Below are positions 1 through 11,510 of a DNA stretch of 48,925 nt, piece by piece. The notes below the pieces were generated by a model. It made no database searches. It was not told the DNA's origin and was given only the letters and a program-made list of their open reading frames with translations. The DNA is from Callorhinchus milii (taxonomy: Eukaryota). A program made the translations under genes and the position numbers. How positions within the stretch are numbered: position 1 is the stretch's first letter; the number at the start of each line of letters is the position of its first letter. Location of the stretch: assembly GCF_018977255.1 (NCBI RefSeq), contig NW_024705393.1, positions 1 to 48,925 of the forward strand, written 5' to 3'.

Positions 1-238
1 ATCTTGTGGAGCCAGGGCTGTTGTTGGGCATTTCCTTTGGTGACATAGATGCGTTGACCATTTTGGAGGTGAAATGCCAAATGGACGACTGTGGGGGAAC
101 GGTCATGGATGGGGAAGCCAAGAATTCTAGCAAATGGCCTCATTGTTGCTGATGTATCTTCCTTGGAAAAAAGGTTTCGGTCATGCACACTTTGCCCATC
201 TGTTTTGTAAGGCAAAAACAACCATGTCAGAGCCTTTT
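1..238 (-). mobile_element. Helitron RepHel coding remnant (segment just C-terminal of the Rep core), frameshifted
   Basis: Reverse strand translates (one stop, 1-bp frameshifts) to KGSDMVVFAL..GRYISNNEAI/RILGFPIHDRSPTVVHLAFHLQNGQRIYVT, matching the Helitron motif KGSD..GRYISSNEAVWRILxFPIHERxPTVVHLAVHLENGQRVYFT. Confidence 0.85.
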
Positions 239-2020
239 TACTTTAAAATGTCATGGTGAAATTTCCCACTTTTTTACGTAATATATAGGATACTAAGGCT
301 AAGCACACCCGAGGATTGCACTTTTGTTGAAAAATGAAGCTGTAAAATTTGGCCATTTTTGGCCAAAAACGGCATAGGTTAGTATGCTGATTTTCTTTAT
401 TGGGACGTGAACATTTCATCATAAAATGTTCCACTTTTAATCTAATACATGGCATACTAAGGGTAAATACAATTGATGAATGAACTTTTTGTTGAAAAAG
501 CTATGAAAATTTGGCTTATTTTGGTTAAAACCGGTATAAGTACCCGATTTTCCTTTTGGGACGTGACAATTTAATCGAGAAATTTCTCACTTTTAAAGTA
601 ATATAGAGCATACTAATGCTCAACAAAATGGAGGAATTCACTTTTTCTTGCAAAATCTAGCTATGAAAATGTAGCAAATTTTGGCCAAAAACGGCATTGG
701 TAAAGTATGCCGATTTGATCTTTTTGCTTAAAATTTCATGGTGAAATGTCCCACTTTTAATGTAATACATAGGCTACTCAGGCTCAATACAACCGAGGAA
801 TGCACTATTATTTAAAAATACAGCTGCAAACATTCGTTCAATTTTAGCTAAAGACGGCAGAGGTTAGTATGTCGATTTTCTGTTTGGAACGTGAACATTT
901 CATCGTGAAATTTTCCGCTTTTAATCTAATACATAGCATACTAAGGCTAAATACAATGGAGCAATGCACCTTTGTCGACAAATAAGGCTGTGAAAGTTTG
1001 GCCAATTTTGGCCGATTGAATTTTTTTACTTTAAAATTTCATGGTGAAATTTCCCACTTTTTAACGTTATAGGATACTAAGGCTAAGCACACCCGAGCAT
1101 TGCACTTTTGTTGAAAAATGAAGTTGCAAATATTTGGCCATTATTGGCCAAAAACGGCATAGGTTAGTATGCCGATATTCTATATTGGGACGTGCACATT
1201 TCATCATAAAATGTTCCACTTTTAATCTAATACATAGCATACTAAGAGTAAATAAAATTGATGAATGAACTTTTTGTTGAAAAGTTATAAAAATTTGGCT
1301 TATTTTGGTTAACACCGGCATAAGTATTCCCGATTTTATTTTTGGGACGTGAAAATTTTATCGTGAAATTTCCCACTTTTAAAGTAATATAGAGCATACT
1401 AATGCCTAACAAAATGGAGGAATTCACTTTTTCTTGAAAAATCTAGCTATGAAAATTGAGCAAATTTTGGCCGAGAACGGCATAGGTTAACTATGCCGAT
1501 TTGATCTTTTTACTTCAAATTTCATGGTGAAATTTCCCACTTTTAATGTAATATATAGGCTAGTCAGGCTCAACACAACCGAGGAATGCACTTTTTGTTG
1601 CAAAATATAGCTGTAAAATTCGTTCAATTTTAGCCAAAAACGGCAGAGGTATGTCGATTTTCTGTTTGGGACTTGAACATTTCATAGTGAAATTTTCCAC
1701 TTTTAATCTAATACATGGCATACTAAGGCTAAATACAATGGAGGAATTAACTTTCGTCCTAAAATAAAGCCGTCAAAGTTGGGCTTATTGAGCCTAAAAA
1801 TGACAGTATGCCGATTAACTTTTTTACATTCGAAAATGTCATGCATGAAATTCCCAACTTTTTAACGTAATATATTGGCTACTCAGGCTAAACACAACCA
1901 AGCAATGCACTTTTCGTTGAAAAATAAAGCTCGAAAATTTTGATCAATTTTGCCAAAAAAACGGCCTAGGTTAGTATGGCGATTTTCCTTTTATGGACGT
2001 GAAAATGTCATCGTGAAATG
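237..2020. repeat. AT-rich satellite array, ~160-bp monomers with a ~785-bp five-monomer higher-order period
   Basis: GAAATTTCCCACTTTT-like anchor recurs at about 267, 431, 587, 751, 915, 1054, 1216, 1373, 1537, 1697, 1855; monomer n resembles n+5 most. Confidence 0.9.
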
Positions 2021-2263
2021 TCGCCAGCGGTGTGCTGGAGAGCCAAGCCACGACATCTACAAAGTGCTGCTCATAGCGAGTAGCAGCACCGGTAGAGGTC
2101 GTCACGGCACACACAGAGGGGGTGGGTCGCCAGCACCACGCCCGGCCGCCTTTGTCTCCCCAGTGCTGGCGATGTTGACACACCACACCGGGGACTCGTT
2201 TGAGGCCGTTTCGACACTGCCGCTCCCCTTCTGTCAACAAACTTGAACTCTGACTCCGCTCTC

Positions 2264-2404
2264 TGACGTCACCGCTCAGCGTGACCTCATCGGCATCAAA
2301 CGCCAGGGGAGGTGTACCCCGCAAGTGACGTCATGTCACTTGCTGCCGCGTGACGTCGCGAGGGACCAGGAAGTTGCCGCTCTGCCCGTGAACTGAAATC
2401 CGAG
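2264..2404 (+). promoter_or_regulatory. Putative ZNF promoter and first exon: clustered CRE/ATF sites plus ETS site, ending at a splice donor
   Basis: TGACGTCA at 2264 and 2326, TGACGTCG at 2351, TGACCTCA at 2282, CAGGAAGT at 2367, donor CCGAG|GTGAGA at 2404/2405; conserved in all five units. Confidence 0.6.
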
Positions 2405-2422
2405 GTGAGAAATTATCATCTC

Positions 2423-2846
2423 GGTTGTGGTGGTGGTGGTTTTGGTGGTGGTTGGTTGTGGTGGTGGTTGGTTGTGGTGGTGGTTGTGGTGGTTGTTGTG
2501 GTTGTGGTGGTGGTGGTTGTGGTGGTTGTGGTGGTGGTTGTGGTGGTTGTGGTGGTTGTGGTGGTGGTTGTGGTGGTGGTTGTTGTGGTGGTGGTTGTGG
2601 TGGTGGTTGTGGTGGTTGTGGTGGTGGTTGTGGTGGTGGTGGTTGTGGTGGTGGTGGTTGTGGTGTTGTGGTGGTGGTGGTTGTGGTGGTAGTTGTTGTG
2701 GTGGTGGTTGTGGTGGTAGTAGTTGTGGTGGTGTTTGTTGTGGTGGTTGTTGTGGTGGGGTGATGTTGGTGGTTGTGGTTGTTGTGGTGGTGGTTGTGGT
2801 GGTGGTGATGATGGTGCTTGTGGTGGTGGTTGTTGTTGTGGTTGGT
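2423..2846. repeat. (GGT/TGT)n trinucleotide microsatellite in putative intron 1
   Basis: Directly visible; source of the poly-V/W/T/P ORFs. Confidence 0.95.
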
Positions 2847-3201
2847 GTGTACCGAGGTAGAGCCTCTCTCGCTCTCTCGTAGGGATGTCAATTGAGTAGC
2901 AGCGAGCATGGAAGCGATGTCCAGGTTGGAACTTTACAACGCGGGGCCTTGCCTCCTGCCTCGCCTGATGGCGTTTGCTTCAATTCTCTCGCTTAGAGTT
3001 GTGTTTTTTGTTTGCGTTCCGACTGCAGGTATTGTGGTCTATACAAACATGACTCCTCGTAAAAAATGTGTCAGTTTTCTTGCCAGATAGAAGAATAAAA
3101 AACCAATTATATCTCGCTTAAGTTGAATTGGTCTTCACCCGGCTCCCCACTTTGTAACTTTGTTTTACTTTAAATATTAACACAGTTTTTATTTTTACCA
3201 G

Positions 3202-3267
3202 GCCAAGCCGGTTGAGCTGCTGTACCGCTCTTGTTTTCAAAAGCGACCTGCCCACAACAATAACAAG
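3202..3267 (+). other. Putative short 5'-UTR exon of ZNF copy 1
   Basis: TTTTTACCAG| acceptor and AAG|GTGAGG donor conserved in three copies; lengths 66/64/70 nt do not preserve frame, so probably non-coding. Confidence 0.55.
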
Positions 3268-3283
3268 GTGAGGCTCGTCAACA

Positions 3284-3441
3284 GCGTGGCGGTGTTCACT
3301 CTGGACGCGTGGCTGTGTTCACTCTAGACGCGTGGCGGTGTTCACTCTAGACGCGTGGCGGTGTTCACTCTAGACGTGTGGCGATGTTCACTCTAGACGC
3401 GTGGCGTTCTTCACTCTGGACGCGTGGCGGTGTTCACTCTC
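3284..3441. repeat. 23-bp minisatellite GCGTGGCGGTGTTCACTCTGGAC, ~7 copies
   Basis: Head-to-tail units at 3284, 3307, 3330, 3353, 3376, 3399, 3422. Confidence 0.95.
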
Positions 3442-3803
3442 TAAATGCGGAGGGGAAACTGGGGGATCGGGAAGGAAATCCACTTGACCACGGGTAGAGA
3501 GAGACACGCAGCATCGGCTGTGACAGCCAAAATTGTGTGCTCGGAGTTTTTGGGTTAACATTCATTTTGAAGATTCGAGGGCTTCCAGGCATGTTTATGA
3601 CAATTCGCCCTCTCATTGTGTGCCAGAACAGCCCGTGTGATGAATTTGGGAAACTTTTTCACTATATCATGAATATATGAATAAGTGTCGACTTATAAGT
3701 CATGTGTTACTGTGTAAATATGCATTCCTCTGTGCATCGATACTGACGTGGATATAACTTTTTTTCTGTCTGCAGCTGTCGCTTCCTCTGTCGAATTTGT
3801 CTG

Positions 3804-5303
3804 ATGGAGCAAAGGCACTCGGCGCAACTCGGTACGACAAGGCAACAATGCGACCGGTGTGCATACAGCACGGATCGTCCTGAACATTTGACACGACACA
3901 AGAGAACTTACACAGCAGAGAAACTCTTCAAGTGCAGTGTGTGCGGCAACACGTGTTTAGATTCATATACTCTTGTAAAACACCAGAAAACACACACGGG
4001 AGAGAAACCCTTCAGGTGTAGTGTGTGTGAGAAGGCGTTTGCACGTTTATCTACTCTTGTAGCACACCAGAGAACACACACGGGAGAGAAACCCTTCAAG
4101 TGCAGTGTGTGTGGGAAGGCGTTTGCATGTTTATCTACTCTTATAACACACCAGAGAACTCACACGGGAGAGAAACCCTTCAAGTGCAGTGTGTGTGGGA
4201 AGGCGTTTGCACAGTCATCTGTTTTTAAAAAACACCAGAGAACACACACAGGAGATAAACCCTTCAAGTGCAGTGTGTGTGGGAAGGCGTTTGCACAGTC
4301 ATCTGCTCTTGTAGCACACCAGAGAACACACACGGGAGAGAAACCCTTCAAGTGCAGTGTGTGTGGGAAGGCGTTTGCACATTCATCTGCTCTTGTAAAA
4401 CACCAGAGAACACACACGGGAGAGAAACCCTTCAAGTGCAGTGTGTGTGGGAAGGCGTTTGCACGTTCATCTGCTCTTCATGCACACCAGAGAACACACA
4501 TGGGAGAGAAACCCTTCAAGTGCAGTGTGTGTGGGAAGGCGTTTGCACAGTCATCTAATCTTCAAAGACACCAGAGAACACACACAGGAGATAAACCCTT
4601 CAAGTGCAGTGTGTGTGGGAAGGCGTTTGCACAGTCATCTGCTCTTGTAGCACACCAGAGAACACACACGGGAGAGAAACCCTTCAAGTGCAGTGTGTGT
4701 GGGAAGGCGTTTGCACATTCATCTGCTCTTGTAGTACACCAGAGAACACACACTGGAGAGAAACCCTTCAAGTGCAGTGTGTGTGGGAAGGCGTTTGCAC
4801 GTTCATCTGCTCTTCATGCACACCAGAGAACACACACGGGAGAGAAACCCTTCAAGTGCAGTGTGTGTGGGAAGGCATTTGCACAGTCATCAAATCTTCA
4901 AAGACACCAGAAAACACACAAGCATCAGAAGATCCACAAGGAGTGGAGTCTGAAATCAGCTTGCGAAAGTCAAAGTGCCGCAATGAGCCCATCCCTCATC
5001 AAACAAGAACCGGAAGACAATTCCAGCTTAGACGCTTTTAAAGGTATCGAGGTGAAACGTGAAGAAGTGATGGTGAAGAGTGAAGAAGTGATGGTGAAGA
5101 GCGAAAAAGTGAAGGTAAAATGTGAAGATGAAGATTCAACTCCAAAATCGGACCTTCACATCGATGGAGGCAACGTGAAGCAGGAGGAGAATTCTGACTG
5201 TGAGGCAGAGCGAGGCAACTCCCAGCAGTTTGTGGAAGTGGAGGTGTGGGTGGACTTCCTCCGAGACAATACAAAGTCAAATGGAGACCCGGTAGATATG
5301 TAA
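3804..5303 (+). CDS. C2H2 zinc-finger protein, 499 aa, 13 fingers (first lacks second His) with an acidic C-terminal tail of tandem psi-K-x-E motifs; intact
   Basis: Repeated CxxC-x12-HxxxH with TGEKPF linkers; acceptor TTTTTTTTCTGTCTGCAG at 3775 with branch point TACTGAC at 3741; no KRAB/SET/BTB recognisable. Confidence 0.93.
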   Translation: MEQRHSAQLGTTRQQCDRCAYSTDRPEHLTRHKRTYTAEKLFKCSVCGNTCLDSYTLVKHQKTHTGEKPFRCSVCEKAFARLSTLVAHQRTHTGEKPFKCSVCGKAFACLSTLITHQRTHTGEKPFKCSVCGKAFAQSSVFKKHQRTHTGDKPFKCSVCGKAFAQSSALVAHQRTHTGEKPFKCSVCGKAFAHSSALVKHQRTHTGEKPFKCSVCGKAFARSSALHAHQRTHMGEKPFKCSVCGKAFAQSSNLQRHQRTHTGDKPFKCSVCGKAFAQSSALVAHQRTHTGEKPFKCSVCGKAFAHSSALVVHQRTHTGEKPFKCSVCGKAFARSSALHAHQRTHTGEKPFKCSVCGKAFAQSSNLQRHQKTHKHQKIHKEWSLKSACESQSAAMSPSLIKQEPEDNSSLDAFKGIEVKREEVMVKSEEVMVKSEKVKVKCEDEDSTPKSDLHIDGGNVKQEENSDCEAERGNSQQFVEVEVWVDFLRDNTKSNGDPVDM

Positions 5304-6491
5304 GCCAGTGACGATGTCGCTCCAATAGATGCACCTTTGTGACAGGCTTTTAATGACAAGAATGAAGTTGAACACTCAATTCCTAGGTTCAACCTGCAGA
5401 GTAAGAGCGGCCAGTCTGTGTGGACCTGTGTGTTGGGTAGATCTCTAACCAGGAGCGAGAGCCAATAAGCTCCCAAGCATTCGCTATGTTATCAATTGCA
5501 TTTATATGGTGCTTGCTTAATCGCCCCGGCAACTCGGAGTTCTATATCGTTTCTCGTCTCAAACACTCGAAGGGCATCCCCAAGTAGCAGCTGCCCCTGT
5601 GTGGCACAAGGTGGTGGCCGTGCACCGGCCTGCATGTGGACAAGAGCCTGTCAGTAGGGGCGATGGTTGATGTGGCATCTCAGTTGTGGAGTTTGTAGGT
5701 AATGTTTAGAATTTGCTACATTTTGATCTAGATGCCAGCATGCAATGGCCGACTCGTTTTGAATGGTGCATTAGTATGTTGTACATACACTGTTAAGCAG
5801 ACGGTGCGTATATTTTTAATTAGCTTCTTGTTAATAGGATGTAACCTAATGCAGTATATTTCAGTGCAGTAATTCAATTTTGTTAATATGCCTGTCAATA
5901 AGTTAGACTGAATACTTGTCTGATTGGGTTCGTACATGTAACCTTTTGTCTATAAGAGTCAAACATTGAATAAGTGATGTTAGGACACTGTGTTTTGGAG
6001 TAACCTGTACAGATAACTCAGGTGAGACTCATTGTTCTTGTGATACAGGTCAAAGGGTATTTTTGTGTTTTCAGGAAGCATCTCCCTCTGGAGCAACTCA
6101 TTGTCTTTGAAATAGGGAGCACACTCGGATCATTCATCAGTTACAAGGCATACCACTCAAAAGTTACACGTAGTGGAGATACATTCTCAACAACACGAAT
6201 TAAAATGTTGTATTACGTGTTGACGTAGATGTTGTCGAATTAGGACGAGAAATGGTCCTTGCTGATTAACGTCTGGATGTTCACAACCATGGGTTGAAGC
6301 AGGCCTGACCGCCTGCGGTGCCCCTCAATCATTTACGGCCTTGGGCCAGGAAAGTCACGAAAAAATTGTCCACGAACGACGCATTCACGCAAGCACCCGA
6401 TGCTCCCTTTTGAAGTTTTAATATGAAACAACTTTGAATTGTATATTGTTTTGCATTTGATATTTGTATTTCATTAAAAGCTGACATCATT

Positions 6492-6717
6492 TTACATCTG
6501 GAAGACTTCATTGAAAACGACATTTCGTGTGAATTTTCTCTAGTCGTTAAGTAGATGGCCTTACCGAGGTTCGGTTCGATGCGGACTTTCACCTGGTTGG
6601 GATCGCGGGGTGGAGATAAGGCGACACAGAGCTGGCCGTGCCAGAAGACCGCCGTCTGCAGATCAATTCCAACGCGATCGAACATCTGTCGCTGCTCCTC
6701 CGTCGTTTATGCAGGGG
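6492..6717 (-). mobile_element. Helitron Pif1-like helicase C-terminal remnant (continues at 10015-10123 beyond the LTR-like insert)
   Basis: FDRVGIDLQTAVFWHGQLCVALS..DPNQVKV matches helicase motifs V/VI (GQTFDRVGIDL..VFSHGQLYVALSR); a shifted frame ends FTRNVVFNEVFQM*, like the RepHel terminus TxNxVYxEV. Confidence 0.85.
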
Positions 6718-9700
6718 TGTTGTATATGTTGGATTATGAAATTTTGATGAAAATAATAAAAATTAATAATTTGCCAAAAATGCGCAAAGCGCATTAATTA
6801 TGTTAATATGTGAGTTAATATGCATAAATTATGGTAATGAGTGTAATTATATGCATACATTATGATAATCACGGAGATAATCGTTGTAATTTATGCGGAT
6901 GCTTGCGATTATGTAAAAGTGTGCAGTTGTGATAATTAAGCTTAGCTTCGTTTATCCAGTGTTATATCAATCAGGATAACACGATTTCATCGATTAAACG
7001 TTTACTGATTATCCTAGTGTGTGTTATAATATTTTAGGTCTCCAGTTTCAGATCTCATCACAGGCTACAGTTCTCAAGAATAAGACAGTTTTGCATGGAC
7101 TTGGAAGGAACACTCGTTATGCTTCTGTGATAACAATTTTATTCTAAACAAACACGTGACATTCTATCATGCAGGTCAAACATGCGTCAATAAATTCATG
7201 AGCAAGATTATGCAATTAACGAAAATGGATAACTAAAAATACTTCTTCATTTGCGAGACTATGCATTTAACTAAATTGAATAACCAAACTCTTATGCATT
7301 TGCGAGATTATGCATTCGACTAATATGAATAACTAAAACTCTTATGCATTTGCGAGACTATGCATTTGACGAAAATGAATGAATAAACACTTATGCATTT
7401 GCGAGACTATGCATTTAACTAAATTGAATAACTCAACTCTTATGCATTTGCGAGATTATGCATTTAACGAACTGAATGACTAAAAACCCTCCTAACAATC
7501 GTAACCTCTACCTTTCCACCAGACATCTCATTAGTTCGCCCATGTATCGATCACAATCGGCGACTGGCCGAGTTTGAAAACAAGCATGACACACTTCCTA
7601 TGGCGGTAATAAAAAGCACTTATTGTATCCCAGAGGCGAAAGTATATGTCAATAGATTCATCGGCAAGTATAACATATTTTTAACGGAATGTTTGATATA
7701 ATGGTGGGTGAGGGAGTGTGTGTGGGAGAGCGAATCTGGCTCTGTTTTAATTAATGCTTCGGCGAGACTCTATGACAAAGGAAACTGGTTTGACAAGATA
7801 TTCTCTCTCTGTGTACGGTAGATTCGTAATGAGGATTTCGAGAGGTTGAGTTTGCCTCGACGAGTCTATTGATCGCCTATGTGATGAGCGGAACAAGGGA
7901 AAGGCACGGAAAACAACCTCACTCTTATAACCGATGGACTCTTAATCACTCGATGGGCCACGATTCCTCATGGCCAGCTGATGGTTCATGTAGTTGATAA
8001 TCAGTCTTCCGATAATTGTGTAGGGTTGATATGATGGTAAGGACGAAATAGATAGTCTCAAAGGGGGGTGGGCGTCGACGCGAGCGCGTGTGAGCCTACG
8101 TGAGGGAAGTTGTGGGTACGAACGACTTTCGGAGAAGGGCCCTCTGGCTGTCGCGGCTGCGGTGATCGGCTGCTTCAGACTCCTCCCTCGGCTGAGCCCG
8201 TACGAAGATTGACGGCGCGGCTGCGCTCGTTTGCGTGGTCAGGCGAGCACGTGTGTGGTGGCGGCACGGGAGCTGGCTCGTTCACTCTTGTGCGGCAGGC
8301 GAGCACCTCGGCGATGCACGTCAAGGCGATGCACGTCAAGGCGACGCACGTCGCCACCCCACGAGCCTCGTCCTTCTGGATGACGAGAGCTTCTTCGTTG
8401 GCGGCGACGAGGAGAGATGGCTGTCGCCCTGGAGATCTCTGGTGGGGCCTTAGCCCGGAGACGTGATGAGATGTAGGCCGGAGCTCGTGAAGATCTGTGG
8501 TGGAGCCGAAGCCCTGGCGACGAGATGGGGCCCAGAGCCCCCTGACGATCTGTGGTGGAGCCGAAGCCCGGAGCCGAGATGCTTTGGATGGATTTTTCTT
8601 CGGCTTATATTGGAAATTCCACTCAGTTTCCCGAGTTGTTCAAAAGGCTGTGTCATAAAACATTCTGTGTGTGTCGTGTGCGTGTCCGTCCGTGTGTTTC
8701 GCGTGCGTGTTTGTCCGTGTGTTTATTAGCTTTGAAGACACAGCTGTGTAATCATTCTGAAAGGGGGGGGGGTGGGGGCCTCGCGACGGCGCCACCTAAG
8801 TTATTCATTAACCAGACCGATGATTCGCGTCGAGTTATATATAAAAAAAAAATATTCGAATCCATGTTTTTGTTACTGAATAATATTTGTCGCGAAAACC
8901 TACGCGTTAAGCGAGCTTAATTATTCCCTCCCTTGCTCGGGGATCATATCTTTTGTCTCACACAGCTTAAGTTGTTTTGGTTTGGAAGTTGAAATGCGAC
9001 TTATTTCCATTATGCCCAAGTTATGCCGAAACCGTGTTCACGATGTTTCATCGTGACCCGATCTCCCATGGAAATGTTATTTGCTTGCGTGGGCAATTTT
9101 TGCTGTCCGTGTTGGAAGCACCTGGCGCATGTGCTTATTTATTTATTCGAAGGCGTGTGTTAATTTCCTTTGAGCCATTGCCCAACCTTTATGGGTGTCA
9201 TTTCCTGGCTTTGTGCCTGCGTGTGGAGATCCTCTCAAAAAGACAAAGACGGCCGTATTGCTCGCTTCTCATGGGGTGTTGCGTTTGGTTAATTTTGAGA
9301 GCCTTCTCCGCCCTTAGCTCCTCTAGGATATCCACTTTAATTCCGTACTTATTATTTGACTTCTTGTGATTATTTAATCTGATATCCCGGCTAGGAATTT
9401 TGTTTTGGAGCGAAAGCCATAATTATTCTTTGATGCTTCGGCCCGGCCGCGTAGAAATTATTTAAGGTAAATAATGTCCGTATTTAATTAACAATGATGG
9501 GTCGTGATTCTGGTGCAGACTGTAGTCTGATTTCCAATTGGAGTGAGGATAGATACTGTTTGCTTAATCTTCATGGCTAAGTTGGTAACTTTGTGTATCT
9601 AACATGGTTCAAAGACCCGTCTGTGCTTTTTGTCGTCAATGCTGTTTCTTTGTTAAGAATATAATTATCTCTTCCTCCGTGGTGCCTGGTTTTGTATTTA

Positions 9701-10014
9701 TCAAAGGGTCTTTTTTTATAAGGCTTTTTAACGAAAGGGTGTCATTCTAACCCCCCCACCCCCCCCCCCCCCGCTTGCAATTCTCCCCTCTCTTGTTCCT
9801 CTTGTGTGAAATTCGGGAGTTTTTATGACCTTGATTGCCCTCTTTCATGCCCTCTTTCCTTTGAAATGAGGTATGCGCGCATCTGTGGAAGTGTGGGGGC
9901 GTGTTCGTTCCACGTTGCCCCGTGTCTATTAAAAAAACGATATTATATATGTTGGCAGAATAATTCCTAAAAAAAAATAATATAAAAAAAATAAAAGGGG
10001 GTATATACACAACA
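6718..10014. mobile_element. 3.3-kb non-coding insertion with TG..CA ends and 4-bp TSD; probable solo LTR (Gypsy-like)
   Basis: Starts TGTTGTATAT, ends TATACACAACA, flanked by GGGG; the empty site (GCAGGGGGCGC) is present in paralogous units near 35570, 29032 and 46533. Confidence 0.75.
7202..7485. repeat. ~49-50-bp tandem repeat (~6 copies) inside the LTR-like insert
   Basis: GCGAGA anchor at 7253, 7302, 7352, 7401, 7450. Confidence 0.9.
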
Positions 10015-10123
10015 GGGGGCACGTAGGTTTGCAGCACCTCCTGCATGAAAACTAAGGAAAGTGCAGGGTTCATCACAGATGAAGTTGTGTGCTTATATAA
10101 GAGTACTCGCGGGAAGTACCCGG

Positions 10124-11037
10124 CGTGAAATTTCCCGTTTTTTATCGTAATATATAGGATACTAAGGCTAAGCACACCCGAGGATTGCACTTTTGTTGAA
10201 AAATGAAGTTGCAAATATTTGTCTATTATTGGCCAAAAACGGCATAGGTTAGTATGCCGATTTTATATATTGGGACGTGCACATTTCATCATAAAATTTT
10301 CTACTTTTAATTTAATACATAGAATACTAAGGCTAAATACAATGGAGCAATGAACTTTTGTCGACAAATAAGGCTGAAAGTTTGGCCAATTTTGGCCGAT
10401 TTTATTTTTTACTTTAAAATTTCATGGTGAAATTTCCCACTTTTTAAACGTAATATATATAGGATACTAAGGCTAAGCACACCCGAGGATTGCACTTTTG
10501 TTAAAAAATGAAGTTGCAAATATTTGTCCATTATTGGCCAAAAACGGCATAGGTTAGTATGCTGATTTTATATATTGGGATGTGCACATTTAATCATAAA
10601 ATGTTCCACTTTTAATATAATACATAGCATACTAAGGGTAAATACAATTGATGAATTAACTTTTTTTTTAAAAAGAAAGCTATGAAAATTTTGCTTATTT
10701 GGTTAAAACCGGCATAAGTATGACGATTTTATTTTTGGGGCGTGAAATTTAATCGTGAAATTTCCCACTTTAAGTAATATAGAGCATACTAATGCTTAAC
10801 AAAATGGAGGAATTCACTTTTTCTTGGAAAATCTAGCTATGAAAATGTAGCAAATTTTGGCCAAGAACGGCATTGGTAAAGTATGCCGATTTGATCTTTT
10901 TACTTCAAATTTCATGGTCAAATTTCCACCTTTTAATGTAATATATAGGCTAGTCAGTCTAAACACAACCAAGGAATGCACTTTTTGTTAAAAAATACAG
11001 CTGTAAAAATTCGTTCAATTTTAGCCAAAAACGGCAG
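10124..11037. repeat. ~160-bp satellite array, second block
   Basis: Same monomers as 237-2020. Confidence 0.9.
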
Positions 11038-11076
11038 TTTTTTCTGTCAACAAACTTGAACTCTGACCCCGCTCTC

Positions 11077-11218
11077 TGACGTCACCGCTCAGCGTGACCT
11101 CATCGGCATCAAACGCCAGGAGGAGGTGTACCCCGCAAGTGACGTCATGTCACTTGCTGCCGCGTGACGTCGCTAGGGACCAGGAAGTTGCCGCTCCGCC
11201 CGTGAACTGAAATCCGAG
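11077..11218 (+). promoter_or_regulatory. CRE/ETS promoter and first exon, unit 2
   Basis: TGACGTCA at 11077 and 11140, CAGGAAGT, donor CCGAG|GTGAGA; followed by a short GGT repeat (11238-11310). Confidence 0.6.
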
Positions 11219-11510
11219 GTGAGAAATTATCATCGCGGTTGTTGTGGTGGTGGTGGATGTGGTGGTGGTTGTGGTGGTGGATGTGGTTGTTGTGGTTGTG
11301 GTTGTTGTTTACCGAGGTAGAGCCTCGCTCTCTCGTAGGGATGTTATTTGAGTAGCAGCGAGCATGGAAGCGATGTCCAGATTGAAACTTTACAAAGCGG
11401 GGCCTTGCCTCCTGCCCTCGCCTGGTCGCGTTCGCTTCAATTCTCTCGCTTATTCTTTGGTTTTTTCGGTAAAGTCACGTATAAAAATAAAATAATAAAT
11501 TAAATAATAG

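Noticed and set aside
2331..2909. Low-complexity ORFs (poly-H/T/P/V/W/C), also 30715-31923 and 40384-40964
   Set aside because: Stop-free translations of simple repeats whose length and frame differ between units.
3284..3441. 23-bp repeats as a CRISPR array
   Set aside because: Units are head-to-tail with no unique spacers, no cas genes, eukaryotic context.
3908..4771. Antisense and shifted-frame ORFs over finger arrays ([11 protein letters not shown]...)
   Set aside because: Well-known shadow ORFs of C2H2 repeats.
3804..5303. PRDM9 or KRAB-ZNF identity
   Set aside because: No SET, SSXRD or KRAB exon visible upstream; the upstream exon does not preserve frame.
8110..8920. GC-rich ORFs inside the LTR-like insert as gag/env
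   Set aside because: Short, no retroelement motifs; explained by GC content.
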